Positions 49,290 to 61,723 of a DNA stretch of 64,000 nt are shown piece by piece (the first letter of the stretch is position 1; every line of letters starts with the position of its first letter). Origin of the DNA: Planctomycetota bacterium (GTDB lineage Bacteria > Planctomycetota > PLA2 > JAEUHO01). The notes below the pieces were generated by a model. That model saw only the letters and a program-made list of their open reading frames with translations. It ran no database searches and was not told the origin of the DNA. The translations under genes were made by a program, and so were the position numbers. The stretch lies in assembly GCA_965223505.1 (NCBI GenBank), contig CBDCWP010000030.1:192001-256000 (forward strand), in the 5' to 3' direction.

Positions 49290-50012
49290 TCAGGCGCCGC
49301 CCTCCCGGGCGAGCGCCGTCAGGAACGCGTCGTAGTCGGCGCGCGTGTCGATCCCGAACGCCGCGCGCGACGAATCGAGCACCTGGACGCGCCAGCCGTT
49401 GTCGAGCGCTCGCAGCTGCTCGAGCCGCTCCTGCGTCTCGCGTTCCGTGGGTCCGAGCTGAGCGAACTCGAGCAATCGCTCGCGGCGAAACGCGTAGATG
49501 CCGACGTGATGCAGCACCTCGCCCGCGACGTCGTCGCCGGGCGGATCGCGCTGGAAGCCGAGCGCCCAGCCCTCCGCGTTCCGGATCGCCTTGACCGCGT
49601 TCGGGTCCGCGAGCTGCGCCTCGTCGGCGAAGGGGAAGCCCAGCGTGGCGATGTCCGCGCCCTCGTGCACCGCGGCCGCGAGTGCGGCCAGATCGGCCGG
49701 ATCGAACAAGGGCTCGTCGCCCTGGACGTTGACGAAGACCTCCTCGTTGAGGTTCTCCGCCGCCTCGGCGCAGCGGTCGGTGCCGGAGGTGTGGTCGGCG
49801 CGGGTGCGGATGACGTCGCCGCCGAAGTCGCGAACCGCGTGCTCGACCCGGTCGTCGTCGGTCAGCACGAATACGCGGGTCACGCCGGTCGCGATGCGCG
49901 CCCGCTCGACCACGTGTTGGACGAGGTACTTCCCCGACTCGTCGAGCAGAACCTTCCCGGGCAGCCGCGTGCTGCCGAAGCGGGCGGGGATGAGGATGGC
50001 GTAGCGCGCCAC
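49290..50012 (-). CDS. kdsB: 3-deoxy-manno-octulosonate cytidylyltransferase
   Basis: IPARFGSTRLPGK, SGTDR, NVQGDEP, HVGIYAF, ERLEQLRAL. Confidence 0.95.
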   Translation of the reverse strand: MARYAILIPARFGSTRLPGKVLLDESGKYLVQHVVERARIATGVTRVFVLTDDDRVEHAVRDFGGDVIRTRADHTSGTDRCAEAAENLNEEVFVNVQGDEPLFDPADLAALAAAVHEGADIATLGFPFADEAQLADPNAVKAIRNAEGWALGFQRDPPGDDVAGEVLHHVGIYAFRRERLLEFAQLGPTERETQERLEQLRALDNGWRVQVLDSSRAAFGIDTRADYDAFLTALAREGGA

Positions 50013-50028
50013 GCGCTCACTCCTGTGG

Positions 50029-50685
50029 CTAGTTTCCGGAGGTCGTCACCGTAAGCGAAGGCGACCGATTCCGCAGCATCGCAATCGCTTGTTTCACCTG
50101 CGAGTAGATGGCGGGAATGTGCTTCGAGTGCTCCTGCATGCCCTGTCCGCGCATCGAGAGCAGCGTCCAGCTGCTCACGCCGTCGTCCACGGTGACCCGG
50201 CCACGGGCCTGGCTGTGGGTGAAGAGCTGAAACTGCGAGTCCGTCGGCTTCGCGGCCTCGAAGAACTTGATCTTCTTCAACCCCTCGACCAGATCGAGCA
50301 TGTCCTGGTCGGGCACGACGCCGGTGCCCTCCTCGGCGTTCGTGGAGCCCTGGCGAATCTGCTCCGCCTCGGGGTGGCTCTCGTTGACGAGCACGATCTT
50401 CATCGGCGCCGAGCCGCTGCCGGGCCGGCGGCCGAAGCGCGGGTTCTCGTGCAGGTAGCGTTCGTGAGCGAGCGCCTCCCAGACGACCTTGACCGCCGGC
50501 TTGCGCCGTTCGGGTCCGTCCAGGCGGTCGGGCGTCGGCGCGTCGCCGCGATCGGCGACCGACGGCGCGGCCGGCCTGGGGGCTTCGGCCTTCGACGGCT
50601 GGCTGGAGGACGAGCAGCCGGATGTGACGAAGCTGACACAGAGCAGAAGGCCCAGCGCGGCGGCTACAAAAGAGGTGGATCGCAT
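50029..50685 (-). CDS. Hypothetical lipoprotein
   Basis: GGAGG RBS; FVTSGC lipobox. Confidence 0.75.
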   Translation of the reverse strand: MRSTSFVAAALGLLLCVSFVTSGCSSSSQPSKAEAPRPAAPSVADRGDAPTPDRLDGPERRKPAVKVVWEALAHERYLHENPRFGRRPGSGSAPMKIVLVNESHPEAEQIRQGSTNAEEGTGVVPDQDMLDLVEGLKKIKFFEAAKPTDSQFQLFTHSQARGRVTVDDGVSSWTLLSMRGQGMQEHSKHIPAIYSQVKQAIAMLRNRSPSLTVTTSGN

Positions 50686-50817
50686 GGAAACCTCCGACAA
50701 TGGGGCTATGGAGGCACCGTGCCTCTGGCGGCGTCCAACGTCAAGCCCATGCGCGCGCCTTGACCCCCGCATTTGCCCTTCATAGGCTCTTTTGTGACAA
50801 GGAGTTGTGACGATCCC

Positions 50818-52335
50818 GTGACGAATTCCCGCCGACCGTTTCTGTTGTTGCCGTTGCTCCTCGTGTGCTGTGTCGCGCCGTGCCTGCGCCCGACCGAGGC
50901 GGCCGATCCGCTGCCGGACGGCGCCGTCGCCGTCGTGGCCGGCAAGACGCTCACGTTCAAGGGCCTGTGCTACGCCGCGTACCAGCACGCGCTACCGAAT
51001 CTGCGCTCCGCCGGCAGCATCGAGCGCCGCATCCTGCTGCAGGTGATCGACGAGCGCATCGTGGCCATGGAGGCCGAGGCGCTGAAGGTGGCCGTGACCA
51101 ACGACGACCTCAAGCAGCGCTACCGGGAGTGGGACAAGGCGCTGCGCGACAAGAGCAACGGCATGCGCACGCTGGCGGACCTCATGCGCGAGAAGCGCAC
51201 GTCCGTGCGGGAGTTCTGGCAGCAGATGCGCCACCAGCTCACGCTCGAGCGCGTCGCGAACCACAAGATCTACCTCAACGGCAAGCTGTCGAAGAGTCCC
51301 GCGAAGCGGCTCGGCGAGATCGCGCTGGTGCTGGAGCAGCTTCGCAAGCAGTCGGAGGTCGCGTTCGGCGTGACCATCGCCTCGCCCGTGCCGAAGCACT
51401 GGCGCCGCGAGGTGAAGCTGGAGAACGGAAACTGGCTCGCGACGGTCAAGAACCACGTGAAGTCGCCGCTCGCGCCGCGCCCCTTGACCAAGATCGACTA
51501 CGGCGAGCAGCTGGTGCTGCGGCTGAGCTCGGGCGCCGTGCGCGAGATCCTCGATCAGGAGTGCAAGACCGCGCTCATGGCCTCGAACGACCTGTCGCTC
51601 ACCGACGAGGAGTGGGACGAGGAGATCGGCGTCCAGAAGAAGCTGTGGCTGCTACAGCGCGAGCTCGCGAGCCAGGAAGCGTGGCGCAGCCTCTCCTACG
51701 ACGAGTACGTGAAGGTCAAGTACAAGATCTCGCTCGAGGACATGCGCAAGAACCGCTACTGGCGCGGCTTCTTCGGGCTGCTGCGCCGATTCCGCAACTC
51801 GGACGAGGTCCGCGAGCGGGTCCCGGCGCGCTACGAAGAGCAGCGCGAGAACGTCTGGGGGCCGTACATCCTGATCTGGGACATCACGATCGGGTTCGCG
51901 CAGGAGAAGGGCTTCGGCGACCGCAGCGGCCGGACACGCCGTCAAGCGGTGCAGATCGCGCGCGAGGTGCCGAAACAGCTCGCGAAGGGCATCCCGTTCA
52001 CGCAGGTCGTGAGCAAGATCAACGCGCAGAAGGACCCGACGTTCAAAGCCGAGCGCCGGCGCATCCGCAAGTCGCAGGAGGAGCACCTGCTGTGGGAGCG
52101 CGCGATCACCATGGAGGACGGGCAGCTGAGCGGCATCATCGAGACGCTCTCGGACCTGCATCTGATCCGGCGCGAGAAGAAGTACCCGGCGCCGGAGCGC
52201 GAGAAGGTGCTGCCGCTCGTGCTGGAGGGCATCGCCCGGCACGAGGCGCGTACCTGGCTCGGCAACAAGCTGCTCGACAACGAGGTCGTTCGGATCCGCT
52301 GGCCGCTCGAAGAGCGGACCGGCAAGCAAGACTGA
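50818..52335 (+). CDS. SurA/PpiC-like periplasmic chaperone
   Basis: Signal peptide, AVAVVAGKTLT, LLQVIDERIV..EA..LKVAVT, degenerate parvulin segment GQLSGIIET...HLIRR. Confidence 0.6.
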   Translation: MTNSRRPFLLLPLLLVCCVAPCLRPTEAADPLPDGAVAVVAGKTLTFKGLCYAAYQHALPNLRSAGSIERRILLQVIDERIVAMEAEALKVAVTNDDLKQRYREWDKALRDKSNGMRTLADLMREKRTSVREFWQQMRHQLTLERVANHKIYLNGKLSKSPAKRLGEIALVLEQLRKQSEVAFGVTIASPVPKHWRREVKLENGNWLATVKNHVKSPLAPRPLTKIDYGEQLVLRLSSGAVREILDQECKTALMASNDLSLTDEEWDEEIGVQKKLWLLQRELASQEAWRSLSYDEYVKVKYKISLEDMRKNRYWRGFFGLLRRFRNSDEVRERVPARYEEQRENVWGPYILIWDITIGFAQEKGFGDRSGRTRRQAVQIAREVPKQLAKGIPFTQVVSKINAQKDPTFKAERRRIRKSQEEHLLWERAITMEDGQLSGIIETLSDLHLIRREKKYPAPEREKVLPLVLEGIARHEARTWLGNKLLDNEVVRIRWPLEERTGKQD

Positions 52336-52350
52336 GCGCGTCTCGCGGTT

Positions 52351-53859
52351 CTACGGCGTGCGGCGGGCGTGGAGCCAGCCGCGCTCGTAGCTGAAGAGGT
52401 CGGGCTCGTCGTAGCCGAGCGTCGCGAGCGCCTGCTCGGCGGCCTCGTCCTGGCCCTTGGCGGCGGCCGCCCAGAAGGCCTTGCGTGCGGCGATCGCCTT
52501 GGCCTTCGCGTCGTCGTTCAGCTTCAGCTCGCCGCACCACCACTCGAACCAGGCGTCGGCGATCTGATCGCGCGTCACGCCGTGCAGCTCGCCTTCGTCG
52601 AAGAGCTGATTGATGGCCTTGTTGAGCTCGGGCATGTCGTTGCTGCGCCCGAGGTACTTCGCCTCCTCGGGGAAGCCGACGAACTCCTTGCCTCGCTTCT
52701 TGAGCGTCTGCAGGGCGAATTGGAACCCGAGCCGGCTCTCGCTCTCGTCGCGCACGACGCCGATGAAGCAACCCTCGTAACGAGGCTCCAGTACGCCCGA
52801 GAGCTTGGTCACGACCGATGCGCGCACCGCCGAGAGCGGGTGGTGGAAGTAGCGGGCCAGGTCACCCATGACGTCGGGGTCTTCCGACGCGATGAGGGCC
52901 TGCACGGCCGTGCGGATCTCGGTCTCGGGCGCGTCGCTGTCGACGATGGCCTGGAGCTGGTCGAGGGAACGCCGGGACCATGCGGGCGTCTGCTCGAGGA
53001 TCGTCATCGCGCCCATGCGAACGGCGTTGTCGGCGTCGTCGAGACGGCCGTGAACGAGCGCGAGCATGGCGTCTTCGGTGATCGCCTCGGCGCATTTCGG
53101 CGCGGGGCCGAACACGGTCTTGTGGATGGCCTGCATGCAGCGCAGCCGCACGAGACGGTCCGGATCCGATTCGACGAGCGCGGCGATGGTCGGGATGCTC
53201 TCGCAATCGCCGAAATGACAGAGCGCCGATGCGGCGGCGATGATCAACAGGCCCTCGTCCTTCTTGTTGGTCGTGGGGTTGTTCGACCGCATCAGGCACT
53301 TGCGCATGCCCGGCGCGAGGTCGGACCAGTCGAGCAGCTTGGCCACCTGGATCGCCCCCAGTCGGGTGACGTCGCCTTCGCGCGTCAGCCACTGTTCGAC
53401 GGTCGCGCGCACCTCGAACGTCTGATCGGGCGCGAAGTGCTCGATGAAGTCCGGGTGGCTGGACATGCGCGAGAGGATGACGGTGCGCGTGTCGAACGGG
53501 CCTTCGCGCCAGGCCTTCTCGACCAGCGTGAGGCGGTTGCGCTCGAGCAGGATGCCGACGCAGCGGCCGCGAATGCTGAACGCCTTGTCGGGGTCCCTGA
53601 TGACGTCGAGGATCATGTCGTCGACCCAAGGCTCGTTGGGAGACTCGACGAGGTCCTTGTGATGCCGCTTGCGCACGGACGGGTCGTCGGAGTGGAGCCC
53701 GTTGAGCGCCGACATCACCTTCAGGTTGGGCAGGAAGATGATGAAGAGGACGACGAGGACCACGAGCAGCGAGAGGAAGATCGCGGCGTAGCGCTTCCAC
53801 GGCTTGGACGGCGCCGCGTCGGGCGCGCCGGCTGCTTGCTTCTTGGGTGCTTCCGTCAT
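52351..53859 (-). CDS. Membrane-anchored HEAT-repeat protein
   Basis: TM helix, DPDRLVRL, DADNAVRMGA, HPLSAVRASV motifs. Confidence 0.78.
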   Translation of the reverse strand: MTEAPKKQAAGAPDAAPSKPWKRYAAIFLSLLVVLVVLFIIFLPNLKVMSALNGLHSDDPSVRKRHHKDLVESPNEPWVDDMILDVIRDPDKAFSIRGRCVGILLERNRLTLVEKAWREGPFDTRTVILSRMSSHPDFIEHFAPDQTFEVRATVEQWLTREGDVTRLGAIQVAKLLDWSDLAPGMRKCLMRSNNPTTNKKDEGLLIIAAASALCHFGDCESIPTIAALVESDPDRLVRLRCMQAIHKTVFGPAPKCAEAITEDAMLALVHGRLDDADNAVRMGAMTILEQTPAWSRRSLDQLQAIVDSDAPETEIRTAVQALIASEDPDVMGDLARYFHHPLSAVRASVVTKLSGVLEPRYEGCFIGVVRDESESRLGFQFALQTLKKRGKEFVGFPEEAKYLGRSNDMPELNKAINQLFDEGELHGVTRDQIADAWFEWWCGELKLNDDAKAKAIAARKAFWAAAAKGQDEAAEQALATLGYDEPDLFSYERGWLHARRTP

Positions 53860-54025
53860 GGCCAAGGTCGCCTCCGCGGGTGCCAGGAGCCTATTCACGC
53901 ATGAGCACGCGGCGCGCCAAGATTCGGGACGCGAGCCGTTCGCGAGCGGGTCCGGGCTATACAAAGACCTCTTCCGCGCCCGCCCCCGGGCTCTTCACGC
54001 GATCAACGGCAGAACGGAGCCGCCC

Positions 54026-54979
54026 ATTCCCCCCGACCCCACACCGATCCGCCTGACGCTGGGCTCCGAGGCGGCCGGGCAGCGCCTGGATCGTGCGCTG
54101 GCGGACCGTCTGCCCGAGCACTCCCGCACGGTGCTCACGCAGTGGATTCGGGCCGGCCGGGTCCTCGTGGACGGCGAGCCGCTCCCGGCCAAACACAAGG
54201 TCGCGGGCGGCGAGGAGGTGGAGATCGACGTTCCGCCGCCGCGGCCGACGGAGCTGGTCGCCGAGGACCGGCCGCTGGACGTCCTGCACGAGGACGAGTG
54301 GTTGCTGCTCCTGAACAAGCCGGTCGACTGGACGGTTCATCCCGGCAGCGGCCGGCACACGGGCACCGTGGCCAATGCGCTCGTGCACCGGTTCCGGAAC
54401 CTGCCCGTCTTGGGCGGCTCCGACCGCCCGGGCATCGTCCATCGGCTCGACAAGGACACGTCGGGGGTGATGGTCGTGGCGAAGACGGAGCAGGTGCAGC
54501 GCGCGCTGTCGGACGCGTTTGCGCAGCGGACGGTGGAGAAGTCGTACCTGGCGTGCGTGCACGGGGTGTTCGACGAGGAGAGTACGACCGTCGATCTGCC
54601 GATCGGCCGGTCGCCGACGCATCGAACGCGCATGACGATCATCGAGGGCGGGCGCGAGTCCGTCACGCACGTGAGCGTCGAGCGCCGGTTCACGCGACAC
54701 ACGCTGCTGCACTGCCGCCCGCGCACGGGACGCACGCACCAGATCCGGGTGCATCTGCGCGCGCTGCATCACCCGATCGTGGGGGATCCGTTCTACGGCT
54801 GGAAGAGCGCGCCGGGCGACGGGCTGCCCGGCCGATTGATGTTGCACGCATGGCGATTGGCGTTCGTGCATCCGGGTACCGGCGAGAAGGTGTCGTTCGA
54901 GGCGCCGCCGCCGGAGGACTTCGTGCGCGGGCTCGAGGCGCTGGAGGCGTTGCCGCCGCGCGAGCGAGGACGGCCGTAG
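54026..54979 (+). CDS. rluD: RluA/RluD family pseudouridine synthase (start uncertain, possibly ATT)
   Basis: S4 [12 protein letters not shown]...[40 protein letters not shown]. Confidence 0.9.
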   Translation: MPPDPTPIRLTLGSEAAGQRLDRALADRLPEHSRTVLTQWIRAGRVLVDGEPLPAKHKVAGGEEVEIDVPPPRPTELVAEDRPLDVLHEDEWLLLLNKPVDWTVHPGSGRHTGTVANALVHRFRNLPVLGGSDRPGIVHRLDKDTSGVMVVAKTEQVQRALSDAFAQRTVEKSYLACVHGVFDEESTTVDLPIGRSPTHRTRMTIIEGGRESVTHVSVERRFTRHTLLHCRPRTGRTHQIRVHLRALHHPIVGDPFYGWKSAPGDGLPGRLMLHAWRLAFVHPGTGEKVSFEAPPPEDFVRGLEALEALPPRERGRP

Positions 54980-55142
54980 CGCCGTTCGTGGTGACGGGGC
55001 GCTTCCCGCGAGCGCGGGCCCTCGTGGCAGCCCGAGCCCGACCCCTCGCACGTTTCTCTCGGGGCCCCCCAAACGCAACATCGCGCGAGCGCCCCCACGG
55101 GATACGCCGAGTAGCATTCGAGGTCGAATCGCGGAGGGTTCG

Positions 55143-56786
<1,644 letters not shown>

Positions 56787-56801
56787 CCGCGGGTCGTTCG
56801 C

Positions 56802-56997
56802 GGGCGACCACGGGTCTCCCCGGATCCGACGTAGGGGCAGCCCTTGTGGCTGCCCAACCGTGGATGTGTCGGGACCTGATCGACGAACGGTTGGGCGGCC
56901 ACGAGGGTCGCCCCTACATTGGGCGGCAACGAGGTCGCCCCTACATTGGGCGACCACGAGGGTCGCCCCTACTGGCGACCACGAGGGTCGGCCCTAC
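56802..56997. repeat. GTAG-type REP cluster
   Basis: One forward REP (56831-56855), four tandem reverse copies such as GGGCGACCACGAGGGTCGCCCCTAC (56893-56997) and one degenerate copy. Confidence 0.88.
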
Positions 56998-57551
56998 TGC
57001 CCGATCGCGTCGATCTTCGCCTTCCATCGTTCGATGACGGCCTGGTTCTTCGCGGCAAGGGAGTCGCCGCCCGGCAAGTCGTCGAGCGCACGCTGCAACG
57101 CATCGCGCGTGCCGGAGAGCCGCTTGACGGCGGCCTCGGTACCCGGCTTCGCCTTCATCGACTCGATCTGCTTTTCGAGCATGGCGATGTTGCTCTCCAT
57201 CTTCTCGCGCGCCGCGGGAGACACCTGCGGAGACCGGTGGCTGCTCACCTCGCGCACGATCGCGTTCCAACGCTCGGCGCTCCACCCGTGGCGCTCCAGG
57301 GCCTTCAACAGATCCGCTTGCCCTTCTTCACGAAGCCTCTTGATCTCGGTTGCGATCGCGACGTACTGCTCCATGACCTCGTCCGTCAGCACGAGCTCTT
57401 CCACCGTCATCTGCTCGCGCACCTCGTCGGCCGGGTTCGCGGCGCCGTCGCCGCCGGGATCGACGGCCGTGACGTCGGCCGGCTCCTCGTCACCGCACGC
57501 GGCGAGGCCGAGTCCGCAGGCAAGTACAAACGCGAGCGAAACGTAGCGCAT
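56994..57551 (-). CDS. Hypothetical lipoprotein
   Basis: GLGLAAC lipobox; helical; GGAG RBS. Confidence 0.75.
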   Translation of the reverse strand: MRYVSLAFVLACGLGLAACGDEEPADVTAVDPGGDGAANPADEVREQMTVEELVLTDEVMEQYVAIATEIKRLREEGQADLLKALERHGWSAERWNAIVREVSSHRSPQVSPAAREKMESNIAMLEKQIESMKAKPGTEAAVKRLSGTRDALQRALDDLPGGDSLAAKNQAVIERWKAKIDAIGQ

Positions 57552-57637
57552 GAATCCGTCTCCCAACCGGGGCGCGACATCGTACTCCCCTGCCGCGGCT
57601 CGCATTCAACGCGTCCGGCCCGGTACGATCTCGCGCC

Positions 57638-58090
57638 ATGACCGACCCGCCCCCGAACCCGCTTCCGCGCCTCGGCCCCGTCGACCACATCGGCATCGCG
57701 GTTCGAAGCCTCGACGAAGGCAAGCAGCTCTACGGCGACGCATTCGGTCTGACGCTGCTGCACGAAGAAGAGGTCCCCACCGAGAAGGTCCGCGTCGCTT
57801 GCTACGACGGCGGCGGATTGCGGATCGAGCTGCTCGAGTCCACCGACCCAGAAGGCCCCATCGCCCGGTTCGTAGAACGGCGCGGCCCGGGCATCCACCA
57901 CGTCTGCTACCGCGTCGACGACGCCGACGCGGCGCTCGCGCGCCTCAAGGAGGCCGGCCTGCAGACGCTCGACGACACGCCCCGGCCGGGCGCCGGCGGC
58001 TGCCGCGTCGCGTTCGTCCACCCCAAGTCGGCCGGCGGCGTCCTCGTCGAGATCTCCCAGCCCCCCGCCGATGGAGCCGCGCATGAGTGA
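57638..58090 (+). CDS. mce: Methylmalonyl-CoA epimerase
   Basis: DHIGIAV, IELLE, GIHHVCY.VDD, AFVHPK..GGVLVE; context. Confidence 0.92.
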   Translation: MTDPPPNPLPRLGPVDHIGIAVRSLDEGKQLYGDAFGLTLLHEEEVPTEKVRVACYDGGGLRIELLESTDPEGPIARFVERRGPGIHHVCYRVDDADAALARLKEAGLQTLDDTPRPGAGGCRVAFVHPKSAGGVLVEISQPPADGAAHE

Positions 58091-59633
58091 GGACCCGCGC
58101 ATCGAGGGCCTGCGCGAACGTCGCGAGGCCGCGCTCATGGGCGGCGGCGCCGCCGCCATCCAGCGCCAGCACGACAAGGGCAAGCTCACGGCGCGCGAGC
58201 GCATCGACCTGCTCGTCGACGAGGGCACGTTCGAAGAGATCGACCCCTTCAAGCTCCACCGCTGCCGCGAGTTCGGCATGGAGAGCAAGCAGTTTCCCGG
58301 TGACGGCGTCGTCACCGGACTCGGGCGCGTCGACGGGCGCGTCACGGCGGTCTTCGCGCAGGACTTCACCGTATTCGGCGGGTCCCTCTCGGGCGCCAAC
58401 GCCGAGAAGGTCTGCAAGCTGATGGACACGGCGATGAAGATCGGCGTGCCGATCGTCGGCCTCAACGACTCCGGCGGCGCGCGCATCCAAGAGGGCGTCG
58501 TCTCGCTGGGCGGGTACGCCGACATCTTCCTGCGCAACACGCTCGCCTCCGGCGTCGTGCCGCAGCTCTCCGCGATCCTCGGCCCGTGCGCGGGCGGCGC
58601 GGTCTACTCCCCTGCCATCACCGATTTCGTCATCATGGTGGACGGCACGTCGTACATGTACGTGACCGGCCCCGGCGTCACCAAGACGGTCACGCACGAA
58701 GAGGTCACCCACGACGAGCTGGGCGGCGCGACGGCGCACTCGGAGAAGTCGGGCGTCGCGCACTTCCGCGTCGACGACGACGCGAGCGCGATCGCGGCCA
58801 CGCGGCGGCTGCTGGCATTCTTGCCGCAGAACAACACCGAGGTCCCGCCCGCGGGGCGCGGCACCGACGATCCGAACCGCATGGAAGAGCGCCTCAACGC
58901 GCTCGTGCCGGAAGACCCGAACAAGCCGTACGACATGCGCGAGGTCATCCAGCTCGTCGTCGACGACGGCGACTTCATGGAGGTGCACGAGCACTTCGCC
59001 GGCAACATCGTCGTCGGGTTCGCGCATCTGGGCGGACGCACCGTCGGCGTGATCGGCAACCAGCCGCAGGTGCTCGCCGGCTGCCTCGACGTGGACGCCT
59101 CGGTCAAGGGCGCGCGATTCGTGCGCTTCTGCGACTGCTTCAACATTCCGCTCGTCACGTTCGAGGACGTCCCGGGGTTCCTGCCCGGCACCGACCAGGA
59201 GTGGAACGGCATCATCAAGCACGGCGCGAAGCTCCTGTACGCGTACTGCGAAGCGACCGTTCCGAAGCTCACCGTCATCACGCGCAAGGCCTACGGCGGC
59301 GCGTACGACGTCATGTCGAGCAAGCACATCCGCGGCGACTGGAACCTGGCCTGGCCGAGCGCCGAGGTCGCGGTCATGGGGCACAAGGGCGCGGTCGAGG
59401 TGATCTTCCGCAAGGAGATCGCGGCCGCCGACGACCCGGCCGCACTGCAGGCGAAGCTCGAACAGGAATACCGCGATCAGTTCGCCAACCCCTACGTGGC
59501 CGCGGAGCGCGGGTACCTCGACGACGTGATCGAGCCGAAGACGACGCGCCCGAAGCTCGTCGCGGCATTGGCGATGCTCGAGACCAAGCGCGACCAGAAC
59601 CCGCCGAAGAAGCACGGGAACATCCCGCTCTGA
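58083..59633 (+). CDS. pccB: Acyl-CoA (propionyl-CoA) carboxylase beta subunit
   Basis: [50 protein letters not shown]. Confidence 0.93.
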   Translation: MSEDPRIEGLRERREAALMGGGAAAIQRQHDKGKLTARERIDLLVDEGTFEEIDPFKLHRCREFGMESKQFPGDGVVTGLGRVDGRVTAVFAQDFTVFGGSLSGANAEKVCKLMDTAMKIGVPIVGLNDSGGARIQEGVVSLGGYADIFLRNTLASGVVPQLSAILGPCAGGAVYSPAITDFVIMVDGTSYMYVTGPGVTKTVTHEEVTHDELGGATAHSEKSGVAHFRVDDDASAIAATRRLLAFLPQNNTEVPPAGRGTDDPNRMEERLNALVPEDPNKPYDMREVIQLVVDDGDFMEVHEHFAGNIVVGFAHLGGRTVGVIGNQPQVLAGCLDVDASVKGARFVRFCDCFNIPLVTFEDVPGFLPGTDQEWNGIIKHGAKLLYAYCEATVPKLTVITRKAYGGAYDVMSSKHIRGDWNLAWPSAEVAVMGHKGAVEVIFRKEIAAADDPAALQAKLEQEYRDQFANPYVAAERGYLDDVIEPKTTRPKLVAALAMLETKRDQNPPKKHGNIPL

Positions 59634-61144
59634 TGGCCGTGAAGAAACGCACGATCCGCAAGCTGCTCGTCGCGAATCGCGGTGAGATCGCGCTGCGCGT
59701 GATTCGCGCCGCGCACGAGGCGGGCATGCGTACGGTCGCGGTCTACTCCGATGCCGACCGCACGTCGATGCACGTTTGCGGCGCGCACGAAGCCGTGCGC
59801 CTCGGTCCGCCGGCGCCGGGCGAGTCCTACCTGCGCGCCGACGCGGTTCTGGCCGCGGCCGAACAGACCGGCGCGGACGCGGTTCACCCCGGCTACGGCT
59901 TCCTCGCCGAGAACGCGGCGTTCGCCGAAGCCGTCGAGGCGGCGGGACTCGTGTTCGTCGGCCCGTCGGGCGACGCCATGCGCGCCATGGGCGACAAGAT
60001 CTCCGCGAGGCGCACCGTGAGCGGTTCCGGCGTGCCGGTCGTGCCGGGCGCCGAGCTGCCGAACGCGGACGACGACAGAGCCGTGCTCGAGGCGGCGCGC
60101 GGCGTCGGGTTCCCGCTGCTCGTGAAGGCGTCGGCGGGCGGCGGCGGCAAGGGCATGCGCCTCGTCGACGCCGAAGACGGCGTGCTCGAAGCCGTCCAAC
60201 GCGCGTCGTCCGAAGCCGTGACGGCCTTCGGCGACGGAACGGTCTACCTCGAGCGATTCGTCGAGAAGCCGCGTCACGTCGAGATTCAGGTGCTCGCCGA
60301 CGCTCACGGCAACACCGTGGCGTTGGGCGAGCGCGAGTGCTCGGTGCAACGCCGCCATCAGAAGGTGATCGAAGAGACGCCTTCGCCGATCGTCACGCCG
60401 GAGCTGCGAGCGGAGATGGAAGCGGCCGCGATCGCGACGGCGAAGAGCTGCGACTACCTCGGCGCGGGCACGGTGGAGTTCCTGGTCGGCGCGGACCGGT
60501 CGTTCTACTTCCTCGAGATGAACACGCGCATCCAGGTCGAGCACCCGATCACCGAGCTGCGCTACGGCGTCGACCTCGTCGCTGAGCAGCTGCGCGTCGC
60601 TCAAGGGCTGCCGATCTCGTTCGCCAGCGAGACGCTGGAGCCGCAGGGACACGCCATCGAAGCGCGCATCTGCGCGGAGGACGCCGACCAGGGCTTCATG
60701 CCGAGCACCGGAACGCTCGGCGCCATCCAGCTACCCGGCGGTCCGGGGGTTCGCTGCGACGGCCACGTGTACGTCGGGCAGGAAGTGACGCTGCACTACG
60801 ACAACCTCCTGCTCAAGCTGATCGTGCATGCGGACGATCGCGACGAGGCCATCCGGCGCATGCGCCGCGCGCTTCACGAGACGCGCTTGCCGGGCGTGAC
60901 GACGAACATCCCGTTGTGCCTGCGCACGCTCGACGACCCGGCGTTCGCCACCGGCGACTACGACACGTCGGTGCTCGACGGCAGCGCGCCGCCTGAACCG
61001 CAGGCCGGCGACCTGATTCCGGTGGTCGCCGCGGCGCTGGCCATGCACCGGCGCGTCAAGAAGACGGCAATTCCCGAAACCGTTCAGTCCGGCCCGAAAC
61101 CGTCGGCATGGGTCGTCGCGGGAAGGCACTGGTGGCGCCGATGA
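59633..61144 (+). CDS. Biotin carboxylase subunit of acyl-CoA carboxylase
   Basis: LVANRGEIA, HPGYGFLAEN, GGGGKGM, RECSVQRRHQK, EMNTRIQVEHP. Confidence 0.95.
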   Translation: MAVKKRTIRKLLVANRGEIALRVIRAAHEAGMRTVAVYSDADRTSMHVCGAHEAVRLGPPAPGESYLRADAVLAAAEQTGADAVHPGYGFLAENAAFAEAVEAAGLVFVGPSGDAMRAMGDKISARRTVSGSGVPVVPGAELPNADDDRAVLEAARGVGFPLLVKASAGGGGKGMRLVDAEDGVLEAVQRASSEAVTAFGDGTVYLERFVEKPRHVEIQVLADAHGNTVALGERECSVQRRHQKVIEETPSPIVTPELRAEMEAAAIATAKSCDYLGAGTVEFLVGADRSFYFLEMNTRIQVEHPITELRYGVDLVAEQLRVAQGLPISFASETLEPQGHAIEARICAEDADQGFMPSTGTLGAIQLPGGPGVRCDGHVYVGQEVTLHYDNLLLKLIVHADDRDEAIRRMRRALHETRLPGVTTNIPLCLRTLDDPAFATGDYDTSVLDGSAPPEPQAGDLIPVVAAALAMHRRVKKTAIPETVQSGPKPSAWVVAGRHWWRR

Positions 61145-61659
61145 AGTACTACGTCGAGTGGGCCGGCATGACGCACGTCGTCGAGATCCGTCAAAAGGGT
61201 GGCGAGACCACCGTGACGGTGGACGGCACCGCGTATCCCGCCGACGTCGCGTCGGTCGAAGGCGGCGACCTGCTCAACCTGCTCTTCGAAGGCAACAGCG
61301 CGACGTACGCGGCACGCTTCGAGAACGGCGCGGCGGTGCTGTCGTTTCACGACCGCGAGGTGCGCGTCCCGATCGAGGACGAACGCACCCGGTTGGCGCG
61401 CGAGGCCACGGGGGGCAAGCGCGGCGGCAAGGCCAGGTCCGACATCCAGAGCGTGATGCCGGGCGTGGTGAAGGAAATCCGCGTGGCAGAGGGCGATCCG
61501 GTCAAGAGCGGGCAACCGCTGCTGATCCTCGAAGCCATGAAGATGGAGAACGAGATCCGCGCGCCGATGTCCGGCATAGTGAAGAAAGTCCATGTTGCGC
61601 CCGGACAGGCGGTCGAAAAGGGCGCCGAGCTGATGGCTTTGGGCGCGGCCGGCGAATAG
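61141..61659 (+). CDS. Biotin carboxyl carrier protein
   Basis: EAMKMENEI biotinylation motif. Confidence 0.95.
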   Translation: MKYYVEWAGMTHVVEIRQKGGETTVTVDGTAYPADVASVEGGDLLNLLFEGNSATYAARFENGAAVLSFHDREVRVPIEDERTRLAREATGGKRGGKARSDIQSVMPGVVKEIRVAEGDPVKSGQPLLILEAMKMENEIRAPMSGIVKKVHVAPGQAVEKGAELMALGAAGE

Positions 61660-61723
61660 GGCCCAACAAAGCGGACCCGTGCGCCGTACAGTCGGACGGC
61701 AGAGATTCGTTGGAGCGTTCAAG

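Noticed and set aside
54980..55142. Cobalamin riboswitch upstream of the mutase
   Set aside because: No recognisable B12-box or conserved core motifs
56893..56997. Possible CRISPR array
   Set aside because: Repeats are separated by only 1-3 nt with no spacers; they fit GTAG REPs; no cas genes seen
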